From Histomonas meleagridis 2922-C6/04-290x (taxonomy: Eukaryota; Protista; Parabasalia), in the NCBI GenBank assembly GCA_020184695.1, contig JAANOX010000252.1:1-64000 (forward strand): DNA of 64,000 nt, written 5' to 3'. The notes below the pieces were generated by a model. That model had not been told where the DNA came from. It did not search any database and saw nothing but the letters and a program-made list of their open reading frames with translations. The translations under genes and the position numbers were made by a program. Below, piece by piece: positions 54,191 through 64,000 of this stretch (its first letter is position 1; the number at the start of each line of letters is the position of its first letter).

Positions 54191-55996
54191 TTGAACGCTG
54201 ATACCCGTAAAAGAAAAGTTTACATTTCTTATTCAATGCATTGTGAAAAAGTAGCACTTTTTCCAAATCAAATGGGTGAAGAAGAATACCCAGCACCGTA
54301 TGAAACGCATGAAGACCTCTTCTCTTTCGATACCTTCAACCCAATAGTCGAAAAAATCATATCCAACTTCGACTTCTCAGAGTTACCTGAATTCCAAGGA
54401 AAACCATTACAAGCACATCTCACAAATCTCCTGCATGACATGGAGGCAATCGACCCGAAAGACTCGTTTGTCGATGCGACTCCATTCCTGACCGAATTTG
54501 CAAAATATGTCCACTCATTCTTTTCAAAGGAAATCTTACAAAGCCTTAACTACAATTGGCCGCCGGCAATACCTAACGCGGATCCGCTTCGTTCATTCGT
54601 CTTCTATTACGTCACATTAATCCAATCATCTCAAAAGCCAATGAACATCCTAATGTGGGCAATGGCCAACTTCGCACCTCCAAATTGGTTTGGTGATGAC
54701 ACAAATACCATTAAGGCATGTTGCGCATGTATCAAAGGGAAACAATTTGTCGATAATTCGTTCTTCTGGGCATTACTGAACAGCCACAATGTCTTCAAGT
54801 ATTACTCAGTCGACACTGGACTTCTTCGTCTTATCAAGAAGGCAAATTGCGGCAAAATCGAAGTCGATGAAAATAACAAATCCGTTTCAATCTATGACCA
54901 AAAAAATCAAATGGTCACCAGCTTCACGCCAACTGATCCCGTTCAAATTAACATATGGCGGAAATTGATTAGCGATGAAAAAGTTCCATTTCCATTAACA
55001 ATTGCAGGTATTGGACGCCCAATTCCGAACCCATTGATATCGTCGTTATACGAAGCGGTTACATCTGACGATTTATATGTCCTTCAAACTATTTTACATT
55101 ATACAGTGATCAAAATCACAGATGGACCCGAGTTCACTTCAGCTCTTTTGGACATATTTTCATACGCAGGGAAAGTCAGCGCATTGTTGACAGTAATGGT
55201 TGGGTTAGAATTTGAAATCGAATCATTAACTCCGACAACTGTCTTAAGAGGTAATTCCCATTTAACCAGCATGTTCAAGACGTTTTATAAGCGATTTGGG
55301 GACAAATATTTCAATAACGTGTTAAAAGAGATTGCGCTTAAAGTCGATGAGAAAGGAGACTTAGGGATTAAGAATCCAGAAACAATGCGAATGGATGAAA
55401 TTCATGAACTATTGTTTTGGTCATTACATAAGATTATTAATAGTTCGAAATATGTTCCGACACAAATCCGTCATTTAGCATCCATCTTAAAGTCTATATC
55501 TGGCGCAAGGTTCAACCAAAAGCAAGCATCGTTTAATACCTTAAGTGGATTCTTTTGCTTAAGATTTATTACTGCTATAATGGCGAGCCCACAAACTTTT
55601 GATGAATCTCTAAATTTGAAGAATGGTATATCAGATGTATTTATACCATTCTCACAGTTGTTACAAATGCCTTTTAACATGATGCCATTAAGTGGAAGAC
55701 ATGCAGAAATGGCAAAATGGGATGATGAGCTATTTAATGACATATTCCCGAAGTTAATGAATTTCGTGTTCTCAGTTGCAGAGTTAAATGAACAACCGAA
55801 GTATGATCCTCCTCCTCCAGAAGTGTTAAGACAATCATTGGAATATGTACTAGAGAAAATTAGCGTGAATAACGTGAAATTTAAGAATAGATATGATGAG
55901 GTAACACAAAATAAGAGTAATTACTCAGCGGTCGGGTGGAACATAGGAACGTTCTTAATGAACTTCTTTAATGGAAACGCAATAACCAATGTGTGA
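54191..55996 (+). CDS. RasGAP-domain protein; first ATG at about 54236
   Basis: TTVLRGNSHLTSMF and LSGFFCLRFITAIMASP resemble the RasGAP signature motifs. Confidence 0.85.
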   Translation: MNADTRKRKVYISYSMHCEKVALFPNQMGEEEYPAPYETHEDLFSFDTFNPIVEKIISNFDFSELPEFQGKPLQAHLTNLLHDMEAIDPKDSFVDATPFLTEFAKYVHSFFSKEILQSLNYNWPPAIPNADPLRSFVFYYVTLIQSSQKPMNILMWAMANFAPPNWFGDDTNTIKACCACIKGKQFVDNSFFWALLNSHNVFKYYSVDTGLLRLIKKANCGKIEVDENNKSVSIYDQKNQMVTSFTPTDPVQINIWRKLISDEKVPFPLTIAGIGRPIPNPLISSLYEAVTSDDLYVLQTILHYTVIKITDGPEFTSALLDIFSYAGKVSALLTVMVGLEFEIESLTPTTVLRGNSHLTSMFKTFYKRFGDKYFNNVLKEIALKVDEKGDLGIKNPETMRMDEIHELLFWSLHKIINSSKYVPTQIRHLASILKSISGARFNQKQASFNTLSGFFCLRFITAIMASPQTFDESLNLKNGISDVFIPFSQLLQMPFNMMPLSGRHAEMAKWDDELFNDIFPKLMNFVFSVAELNEQPKYDPPPPEVLRQSLEYVLEKISVNNVKFKNRYDEVTQNKSNYSAVGWNIGTFLMNFFNGNAITNV

Positions 55997-56638
55997 TGCG
56001 ATTGATATTTATCTCATAAATAAAATTAACATCTGTAATCTTCAACTTCCGTAACCGTAAAATCATATTCAAAATGCAGAACTTTTTAAATGTGTGAGCG
56101 GTAAACCGTAAAATAATGTTTGATGTGGCAACAAAGTTTGAAATGTTACATACGTTAAGGAAAATGAAGTGACGACGCAAATTTTGCAAATTCGTGCGTT
56201 TGTATTGGGTATTGTCTGTTTAATTCGTTCTCAATACTCATAGAATTCAGATTAATAATGAATGCTGACTATTGAATGAAATTATATGATGAGTGTTATA
56301 AGAAGAGAGAGAGTTGAATGTGTGTCACTTCATTGGATAAGTTTGAATGTAATTGGCATTTTTTTTTGAATTTTTTTCTGAATAATGAATTTTGTGATAT
56401 TGTGGCAAAATACATTGGAAATTAGAGATGAGAAATATCGCAAATATATTTTATAAAATAGCACATTGCATTTGTAAATTGAAATACATTTGGGAGTATA
56501 TATATATTGTTGTAAATGTGCATGTATATTGATAAATATGTATAAGGAATTTTTGTTTTGCATCATTTTCGCAAGATTTTATAAAGCTGATATTCTGACA
56601 ATGTAACGGTTATCGATTCAACATTAATATTCTTCTAA

Positions 56639-59586
56639 ATGCAGCAAGAAAACAATTTTTTACCAAAACTATTAGATATGCAAAGTTTACTACAACTGCT
56701 CCAGACAATATTCGGATTGGAACAAAAAAATTTACTTGAAGCAGTACATCTAACAATGAAAAATTATGATAGAAATATACCTTATTCTTTTAATGTTGTT
56801 CTTTGTCATTGCATCTATGCATCATTTCTTTCTCAAAGAAAAGATGTAAGTTTATATTTTGATTATTTAAATAAAATAGAAGAAATGGAAAATCAAATCA
56901 ATTCTAAAGAACCAAAAGCGTTAACAGTATTTATTCAATTTCTTCTATATTTAAATAAGAATGAATCTCTCTATATTTTTGCGAAAATGACAAAAATCAA
57001 TAAAAATCTACTTTTTAATAAAATCCAATCTCATTTTCCTTATATAATAAATCAAATAAATTCGAGTGAAACAAAAACTATTTTTTCATCAAAAGAAAAT
57101 GAAAATTCAAATTTGAATTCTTCTTTACAAATTACAGAGATAATTCGAAATGATGAAATCGAAAAACTCCAAAAAATATCAACACGAAGGAATTTTGATT
57201 TTAATCAAAACATAGGACAATCATTTTTAGATATATATTCTTTTATTGCTGAAGAAAGTTTAACATTAATTGATTATGCGGCGTTTTTTGGATCAATTAA
57301 ATGTTTTAAATTTTTATTATTAAATGGTTCTAATATAAGAGCAACAGGCAAATATGCTATTGCAGGTGGAAACCTTGAAATCATTCATTTATGTGAACAA
57401 AATCATTCGACATTTAAAGAATCATTCGAAACAGCAATTGAATTTCATCGAAATGATATTTTTCATTATCTTTATGATAATTCTATAAATAAACAAAATG
57501 CGAATAAAGAAAAAAAGAAAAAAACACAAATGGAATTAACAACTTATGGTGTTAAATGTATACAATATAGTAATTATGAAATTTTATCATTTTTAGAAGG
57601 TGAAGGACTTAAACCAAATCGGAAACTTATTATCACTTCAGTATTATATGGTAATTTTTATGTTTTTAAACATTTAATAAAATCTGATGATAGAATTCCA
57701 ATAAATATTTTACCATATTCAATAACACCTTTAAACTTTGAACTCATTAAATATTTACTTCAACATAAAAATATTGATATAAATGCAAAAGATATTTCAT
57801 ATTTTTATTTGAAGTTTTGTTTTCTTATTTAATATTTATTTTATACTTTTGGAGTTTATTTGTAATTTATAATACAGCGTTAATAAATGCATCGAAATAT
57901 CAACAAATTGATGTAATAAAAATGCTCTTAATGAATAAAAAAATTGATTTAAATGTTAAAAATGTTATTTTTGTATTTTATAATGTTTGTTTTTATAAAA
58001 GAATGTTTAAAAATTATATTTGGCATTTGTTTAAATGATTTGATACAGCATTAATTTTTGCATGTAGAAATGGTAATATGGAAATTGTAAAATTATTACT
58101 TGAAAATAAAAATCTTGATATTAATATTGAGAATATTTTTTGTGATTGTTTAATGTTTATATAAATTTTTATAATGTTTTATTAGACAATTTAGTTTTTC
58201 ATTATAATAAATGAAACAGCACTTACGATTTCATATCAAAAAGAATTTAAAGAAATTTTTAATCTTTTATTAGATAATGAAGAAATAGATAATGAAGTAG
58301 AAAATGTTTTAAAATTATATTTAAAGTTTATTTAAATAACTTAAAGTTTCTAAATATTGTATACAATTTATTTATATTATTTAATATATTATTAATTTGG
58401 GCTTCTCAATATAGTAAAAATGAAATAGTAAAAACTTTAATAGAACAAAAAGAATTTAATATAAATGTAAGTGGAAGTGTTGTTTTAACAAAATATTTGG
58501 AATTTATTTGAATAATATCAAACACCACTTATGTTAGCATCAAAAAATAACAACATTGAATTAGTTGATTTATTTCTTAAACAAAAGGGAATTGATATCA
58601 ATAAGAAAGATGTTTATTTAATGGGCTTAAAATTTATATAAAAAATTTAATGTTCCAAAAAAATATTTGGAAATAATTCAAATTATAGAATACAGCACTT
58701 ATGATAGCATCTGAATATGGAAGTGTTATTTGTGTAAAAATACTTCTTAAACAGAAAGGAATTGATATAAATACATGTAATATTTAAATATTTTGTTTAA
58801 TGTTAATTTTTAATTATTTAATGTTTTGTTATAATTTTTGGAATATAATGAAATTATTTGGGTCAGCAATAATTAAAGCAACAATTAATAATCATATAGA
58901 TATTGTGAAAATGATACTTCAACAGCAAGATAATGATCCTAATATAAATGAAATTAATAAATTTTATTTATTGTTCATACAAAAATATTAAAATTTATTT
59001 AAATTTTTATACAGCAGTTTTATTTTATGCAATTTCAAATGATCGTTCGAAAATTGTTGAATTGATTCTATCATTAGGAATAAAAAATATTAATACATAT
59101 GATATTTATTATATAAATTTCATGTTGAATTTTATGATTTAATATATCAATAATATATTTGGAATTTTTTTTAAAATAATATCGGACTCCATTAATTTGG
59201 GCTTCTATAATTGGTACTACAGAAATAGTTAAAATACTTCTTAAACAAGATGGTATTAATGTTAATGCAACAGATATTAATTCATTATTTTTAATGTTAA
59301 ATTTTAAATTTTTAACATTTCATAATATTATTCGATGTTTATTTTTATGATAAAGAACTGCATTGTTATGGGCATGTGAAAAAGGTTATGCTCAAATCGT
59401 TAAAGTACTTCTAGAACAAAAAGATATAGATGAATTTTATACAAATATTTGTTTTTATTATTGAAAGTTTATTTTGAGAAAAATATGTTTCAATTTTTTT
59501 TTTGGAATTATTTCTTTGTAAATGAATTTCCAATATTACTTGCCTCTATGAATGGCAGAACAGAAGTGATAGATTTACTTTTATAA
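56639..59586 (+). CDS. DUF3447-type/ankyrin-repeat gene (locus 3); C-terminal repeats interrupted by eleven spacer cassettes
   Basis: Open N-terminal domain to 57793, then ankyrin blocks separated by cassettes at 57794, 57964, 58135, 58306, 58476, 58612, 58782, 58953, 59104, 59276 and 59447. Stop at 59584-59586. Confidence 0.85.
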
Positions 59587-60172
59587 ATAGGGAAAATTAT
59601 TGATTACATTTTATGTAGTCTTTGTTGGATACTTCCAACAACTTTTTCCTATAACTAGCGAAAAATATTATTAATAAAAACTCAATATCAAATTTCAAAA
59701 TATTTAATATGTATCAACTTATTTCATTAATCATTATTATAAAAGGAATCTGTTTTTTGTTACAGCAAATTATCGATAATTTTTTCAATACGTTATTCCA
59801 TCAATTTTTTGATAACGCTATGAAAAAATCAACTTTTTGAATGCATTGCACGGGTTTTTTAAACTGGTTTTTTCTTGATATGCAAACTTAGTTAATTGAA
59901 ATATGCTCTAAAATTGCTTAAACGGGATGGCTTTGTTATCAAAATTATAAAAATACTTTAAAAATTCCAAAGATTACATTGGAAAAAGGTTGAAGATTAA
60001 AATTAAAGTACTACAAAATGACCTGATACTTGTTTGTGATAAGAAAATGATAATAATTATTTTGTAAACTTTGAAACTGAGAAAGAAAAAAATGATTTTT
60101 TCCTGTCAAATTTAACTCAAATATTGAATCCAAAATAATCTGATATAAATTGAAAAAGTTATCATACAACTA

Positions 60173-62227
60173 ATGGAAGCTGATATGCTGTTTGATCTAC
60201 AAATGAGAATTAAAAAATATCATGTTGACCACCAACGGAAGGAAGAAGAAGTTAAAAGGCTTCAAATTTCATATGATACTCAATTAAGAGATTATATGTA
60301 CTCATTATATGTTTCTGCTGTGAGTATATGGACAGTTTTGAATAAGCCAAACCAAAAAGAGTTAATTTCTGCCGTAGATTCACAGCCTTCAAATGTTGTA
60401 AGCAAAGCAAAATTATTAAACCAACTACAAAAGTTTCAAAATGATTCATCAGCGTTTGCTGAAAAATTTTCTAAAATGAGTGGCCCACTTACACTCAATG
60501 CCTTTCTTTGTCTTTTGTCTGTATATAATTTTTTATGGTCAGTAGAAAGTTGTGAATCATTTGCAGAATTTATTTCTCATGTGGATGATGATTCAATAGT
60601 AGAAAAACTTTGTCAATGCCTTTTAGTTCATCCATTAATTCAGAATTATTTTTCTATTGTTATATCAAAAGCATTTCTTTATCTCCAAAATACTCAGGAA
60701 AATCACCATTCAGATATCAAAAAATCCGTTCACATCCTTAAGGCAAAGATTATTAAACTCCTAAAGAAGCTTCAACCACTTATTCCAGAATTTTTCCGAT
60801 TTATTATTCGATACAACTCATCCAAAAAATCCCTCTTCTTCAACGCCTTCCTTAAGCCGTTCATTCTTCATCACACTTCTTTTGGAATTTCCCAAGTTGA
60901 TATTGACATATTTGCCAAAGAGGAAATTTCACTTCTTATTGACTCACTTTCACGCTATTTCAATAGCAGCAAAGCTGAAGAACTCCTCAACAAGATCACT
61001 GAATCACCTAGTGACTCTAATCCGATTGTTTGTATAATTCCATCAGAAAAACGACTCAAAAGCATTTATAAAGATTTTCAATCTTTCACTCTTGTGAATC
61101 CTTGCTGGCTTCATGAAATTGATAATGATATAAAGATTGCTGGAAGTTTATGTTTTCTTCAATTATCATCATATACTGCGACACAATCACGTAGCTCATC
61201 CAAACTAAGCAGTGTTCCCTTCATAGCCCATAACTTTTTGATGAAAGCCGATCTTATTAAGTTATCTGAAAATCAGCCCAATTTCATTGATTATTTCCAT
61301 AAAATCGCATCGATTTCATCTCTATATGGTGATCCAGATCTCGAGCTAGAGATAGAGCGACTTTATCATCTTGATTTGTCAAAATGGACAATTCCGAAAT
61401 TATGTAAATCTATTGAAGAAGCCGTGTTTTGTGACACTGGGGACTCTGCGTCTAATGGTCTTCTCCAAGATATCTCAACATATAGCCCGCAATACGCTTA
61501 CATCAGCAAACTCAAAGAATTGTCAAGTAAAATACCGAAGAACGTTAACAACGAAATTGATCTAAACACACTTTCGATAGTCGTACAACAATATCTTAAG
61601 GATCCATCTAACAATTGTCCTAGTGACAATGACGTTTATACTAATCCACGGAGTTTTCTTGATTTACACAAGAAAATCATTGATTATATTTCTTCGTCTA
61701 ACTTATCATTTGAAAACTTACCTAAGAATTTGTATATCATTTTGTCACACCATTATCGCGTCCTTGAGCATATTAAAACATCAAAAGAAATGCTCGAGCT
61801 GGACACGAAAATCAACAAATTCTTCGACGATAAGAAAAGCGCACTTTTGGACATCTCTCAAAACGACTTTTTGAAAGCTTATCAGAAAAACCCTGACAAG
61901 CTGAGGCTGTTCGCGAATGAGTTCAAGAGCGCCCTCGATTGCAATATGCCAATGTCTTGTATCTTCCATTTACATCAAGCTTACCTAGTGCTTGTTGGTT
62001 TGTTACAAACTCAAGACATTGACGAAGTTGGCGCAGATCAAATTGTTCCATTTGCATTATATGCAACTGTTTTATCAAATGCAAAGTTCTTAGCACCAAC
62101 TTATAAGTTCATGAATGAGTACGTACAACCATTTGCTGGTGTGTTGGAACCTCAAGAAGAATATAGTATCACACAATTTGCAATGACATATAAATACTTG
62201 GAGACAAAGATGAAGGAGTTGCAATAG
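60173..62227 (+). CDS. VPS9-domain protein (Rab5-family GEF)
   Basis: C-terminal EVGADQIVPFALYATV...EEYSITQF matches the VPS9 motif. Confidence 0.85.
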   Translation: MEADMLFDLQMRIKKYHVDHQRKEEEVKRLQISYDTQLRDYMYSLYVSAVSIWTVLNKPNQKELISAVDSQPSNVVSKAKLLNQLQKFQNDSSAFAEKFSKMSGPLTLNAFLCLLSVYNFLWSVESCESFAEFISHVDDDSIVEKLCQCLLVHPLIQNYFSIVISKAFLYLQNTQENHHSDIKKSVHILKAKIIKLLKKLQPLIPEFFRFIIRYNSSKKSLFFNAFLKPFILHHTSFGISQVDIDIFAKEEISLLIDSLSRYFNSSKAEELLNKITESPSDSNPIVCIIPSEKRLKSIYKDFQSFTLVNPCWLHEIDNDIKIAGSLCFLQLSSYTATQSRSSSKLSSVPFIAHNFLMKADLIKLSENQPNFIDYFHKIASISSLYGDPDLELEIERLYHLDLSKWTIPKLCKSIEEAVFCDTGDSASNGLLQDISTYSPQYAYISKLKELSSKIPKNVNNEIDLNTLSIVVQQYLKDPSNNCPSDNDVYTNPRSFLDLHKKIIDYISSSNLSFENLPKNLYIILSHHYRVLEHIKTSKEMLELDTKINKFFDDKKSALLDISQNDFLKAYQKNPDKLRLFANEFKSALDCNMPMSCIFHLHQAYLVLVGLLQTQDIDEVGADQIVPFALYATVLSNAKFLAPTYKFMNEYVQPFAGVLEPQEEYSITQFAMTYKYLETKMKELQ

Positions 62228-63374
62228 ATTTTTTGTGTTGATACTTTTGCGATTTACTCAAATAAATGTATTTTGAGTCAATTTTTTTCTTTTTAGTCAT
62301 TTAATAAATAATTGATAATGTAAAAACCATTTTACCTTCGTTGGTTGCTTTCATACATCATTCATTGCATTTTGTGTATTAAAATTGGTGAAAATGCATT
62401 TAGATCTGCAGATCGGTAAATCAAATTATGATTAACTTTATTTAAAGCAATGATGCAAATTTGTTATGAGCATTTTCCTTGTTTAAGAAAAGAAAATCAT
62501 TGTAAGCGTTACCTAATGTGAAAAAGGAAATTATATTGATACATTTATAAATGTAAGTAAGGTAATTAAAGTACTACATGAAACAAAAACAAAATGATTT
62601 AAATTTGATTTTTTGCACAATCATTAATTTCATTTCTTCAACTTGCGCACTAAATACTAGCAAACAAGAAGCACTATGTTCTCTTTATTTATTTCATTTT
62701 ATCAGTTATGAAATGATAATCTAAATTATATTGATTTTTTGAATTACTCAAATGTATTTTAAGTCATTTTTTTAATCAACATGATTTTGTTATTTTTAGT
62801 AAAGGGATTTAAATAGTGTTTATTTTAAAAAACAGATAATTGAATCAATTCTGTAAAAAAGTTATAAGAACTTAAAAAAAGTAAGAACACTCATGAATGA
62901 CATTTCATAACAGAACACCAAAAAACATTTTTAGAAGTTGGACAATTGCATGAATTTAATGATTTGAATACACCATGTAGATATCCTTCTCAAAAGTTCA
63001 AATAATATTTTTGAATTTTTATGAGTATTTGCGAAAGCTTTCACAAATCACGAAATCCGACTACTTCAACAATAGAGGAGAATATTTCTTATGATATATG
63101 CACAGATGGGGTTAAAATAGCTTGTGTCATATGTGCCATTTTTATAGGTTTTTTCACGGTGCTTTTTTTTTGTTCATATTTTATATGAATTATATTCCTG
63201 AAGAACGTGACGAACAAGTATGACGGTTAATGATAACCGAAGATAATTCACAAAAGCCCACATTAACCAAAAACTTTTTGAAAGGACCTTTTTAAGAAAT
63301 TTCTTGCCCAAACGTTCAAAGAAAAATTCTGTGACTTTGGTGGTTAATTGATTCATCCCATAATTTTTTGTTCC

Positions 63375-64000
63375 ATGGACGAAAATAACCACGAAATGCA
63401 GGATCTTTTTCAAGAAGATGACAATGACACTGAAAAAAAGCAAACCTATTTTGATGAAGCAGATCTTCCACCTTATAAACCTCCAGAACCAACTCCAAAA
63501 AAAGAATTTGAATGGCCTACATGCTTCCCAGAAAATATACTAAGTTTTGTAGCATGCGGCATTGGTATTGTTTTCTTCACCCTGGTATTCTTTTGTTCTT
63601 ATTTTATTCCACGCAGTGAATATCTTGAAGCCAAAAAACAAAATCCTCAACTTGATTTCTTAGAAGTTGCAACCACACCTCTTGCATTATATTGGACATA
63701 TTATTGTTGCATAATAATTTTTCTGGTTTCACTTCCACTATTTTTCTTTCTTGATCATATTGAAACACCTTCTATATTTCTTATAGTATGCACAATTATT
63801 TCTGGCGCAGGCATTTTAGTTTTTGGTATCTTGAGCCCAGTATATATTCGTATAGATTCTCTTGTTGATAAAGCAATCAGTCACCAAGTGTCATATTCAT
63901 CATATGAAAGCGATATTAATGGAACAATTAATGAGCTTCCATATCTTGAAATTGGTTTTACAGGTGTTTCTATAAAAAGTAGGAAAAAGAAGACAACTTA
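63375..64000 (+). CDS. Multi-pass membrane protein, 3'-partial
   Basis: ATG at 63375 (MDENNHEMQDLF...) is open to the window end and has three hydrophobic segments. Confidence 0.7.
   Translation, partial: MDENNHEMQDLFQEDDNDTEKKQTYFDEADLPPYKPPEPTPKKEFEWPTCFPENILSFVACGIGIVFFTLVFFCSYFIPRSEYLEAKKQNPQLDFLEVATTPLALYWTYYCCIIIFLVSLPLFFFLDHIETPSIFLIVCTIISGAGILVFGILSPVYIRIDSLVDKAISHQVSYSSYESDINGTINELPYLEIGFTGVSIKSRKKKTT

Noticed and set aside
58653-58672. Conserved hairpin TTCCAAA-N6-TTTGGAA as the key signal
   Set aside because: It is perfect only here and is absent in many cassettes. The TTTGGA part is explained by the spacer end plus the Gly codon.
58612-58688. A single 77-nt GT-AG intron (GTTTAT...TATAG)
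   Set aside because: It fits only this one cassette, has no branch motif, and gives a shortened loop instead of the canonical KNGN.

Overview
AT-rich eukaryotic DNA, almost certainly from a parabasalid (Tritrichomonas/Trichomonas-like). This is inferred from the BspA-like LRR surface proteins, DUF3447-ankyrin genes, TCAYTW initiator motifs and compact genes with no conventional introns. The window holds about 30 genes or relics. Recognisable ones are TFIIS, Vps16, a VPS9 GEF, a RasGAP, a DH-PH-Kelch RhoGEF, a divergent Hsp70, a MAN1/Src1-like protein, a C2-TerD protein, an M18 pseudo-peptidase, a bacterial-type CofE-like ligase, a fimbrillin-like surface protein, three BspA-like genes and a broken pogo-type transposase. 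Several genes carry single-base homopolymer frameshifts that are probably assembly errors. The main discovery is in the three DUF3447-ankyrin genes. In essentially every C-terminal ankyrin repeat, the four loop codons (consensus D-x-x-G-x-T) are each preceded by a 17-nt AT-rich spacer that is not GT-AG. The typical unit is an 80-nt cassette, 4 x (17-nt spacer + 1 codon), between 90-nt ankyrin blocks, which are open in the 24.5-27.2 kb and 56.6-59.6 kb genes. Removing the spacers restores canonical ankyrin loops (e.g. KD-ENGN-TAL, KD-KNGN-TAL, QN-NYGW-TAL). Some repeats lack exactly one or two spacers. I count 25 cassettes and about 95 spacers. This suggests an undescribed micro-intron/single-codon-exon, ribosomal-bypass or DNA-deletion system.
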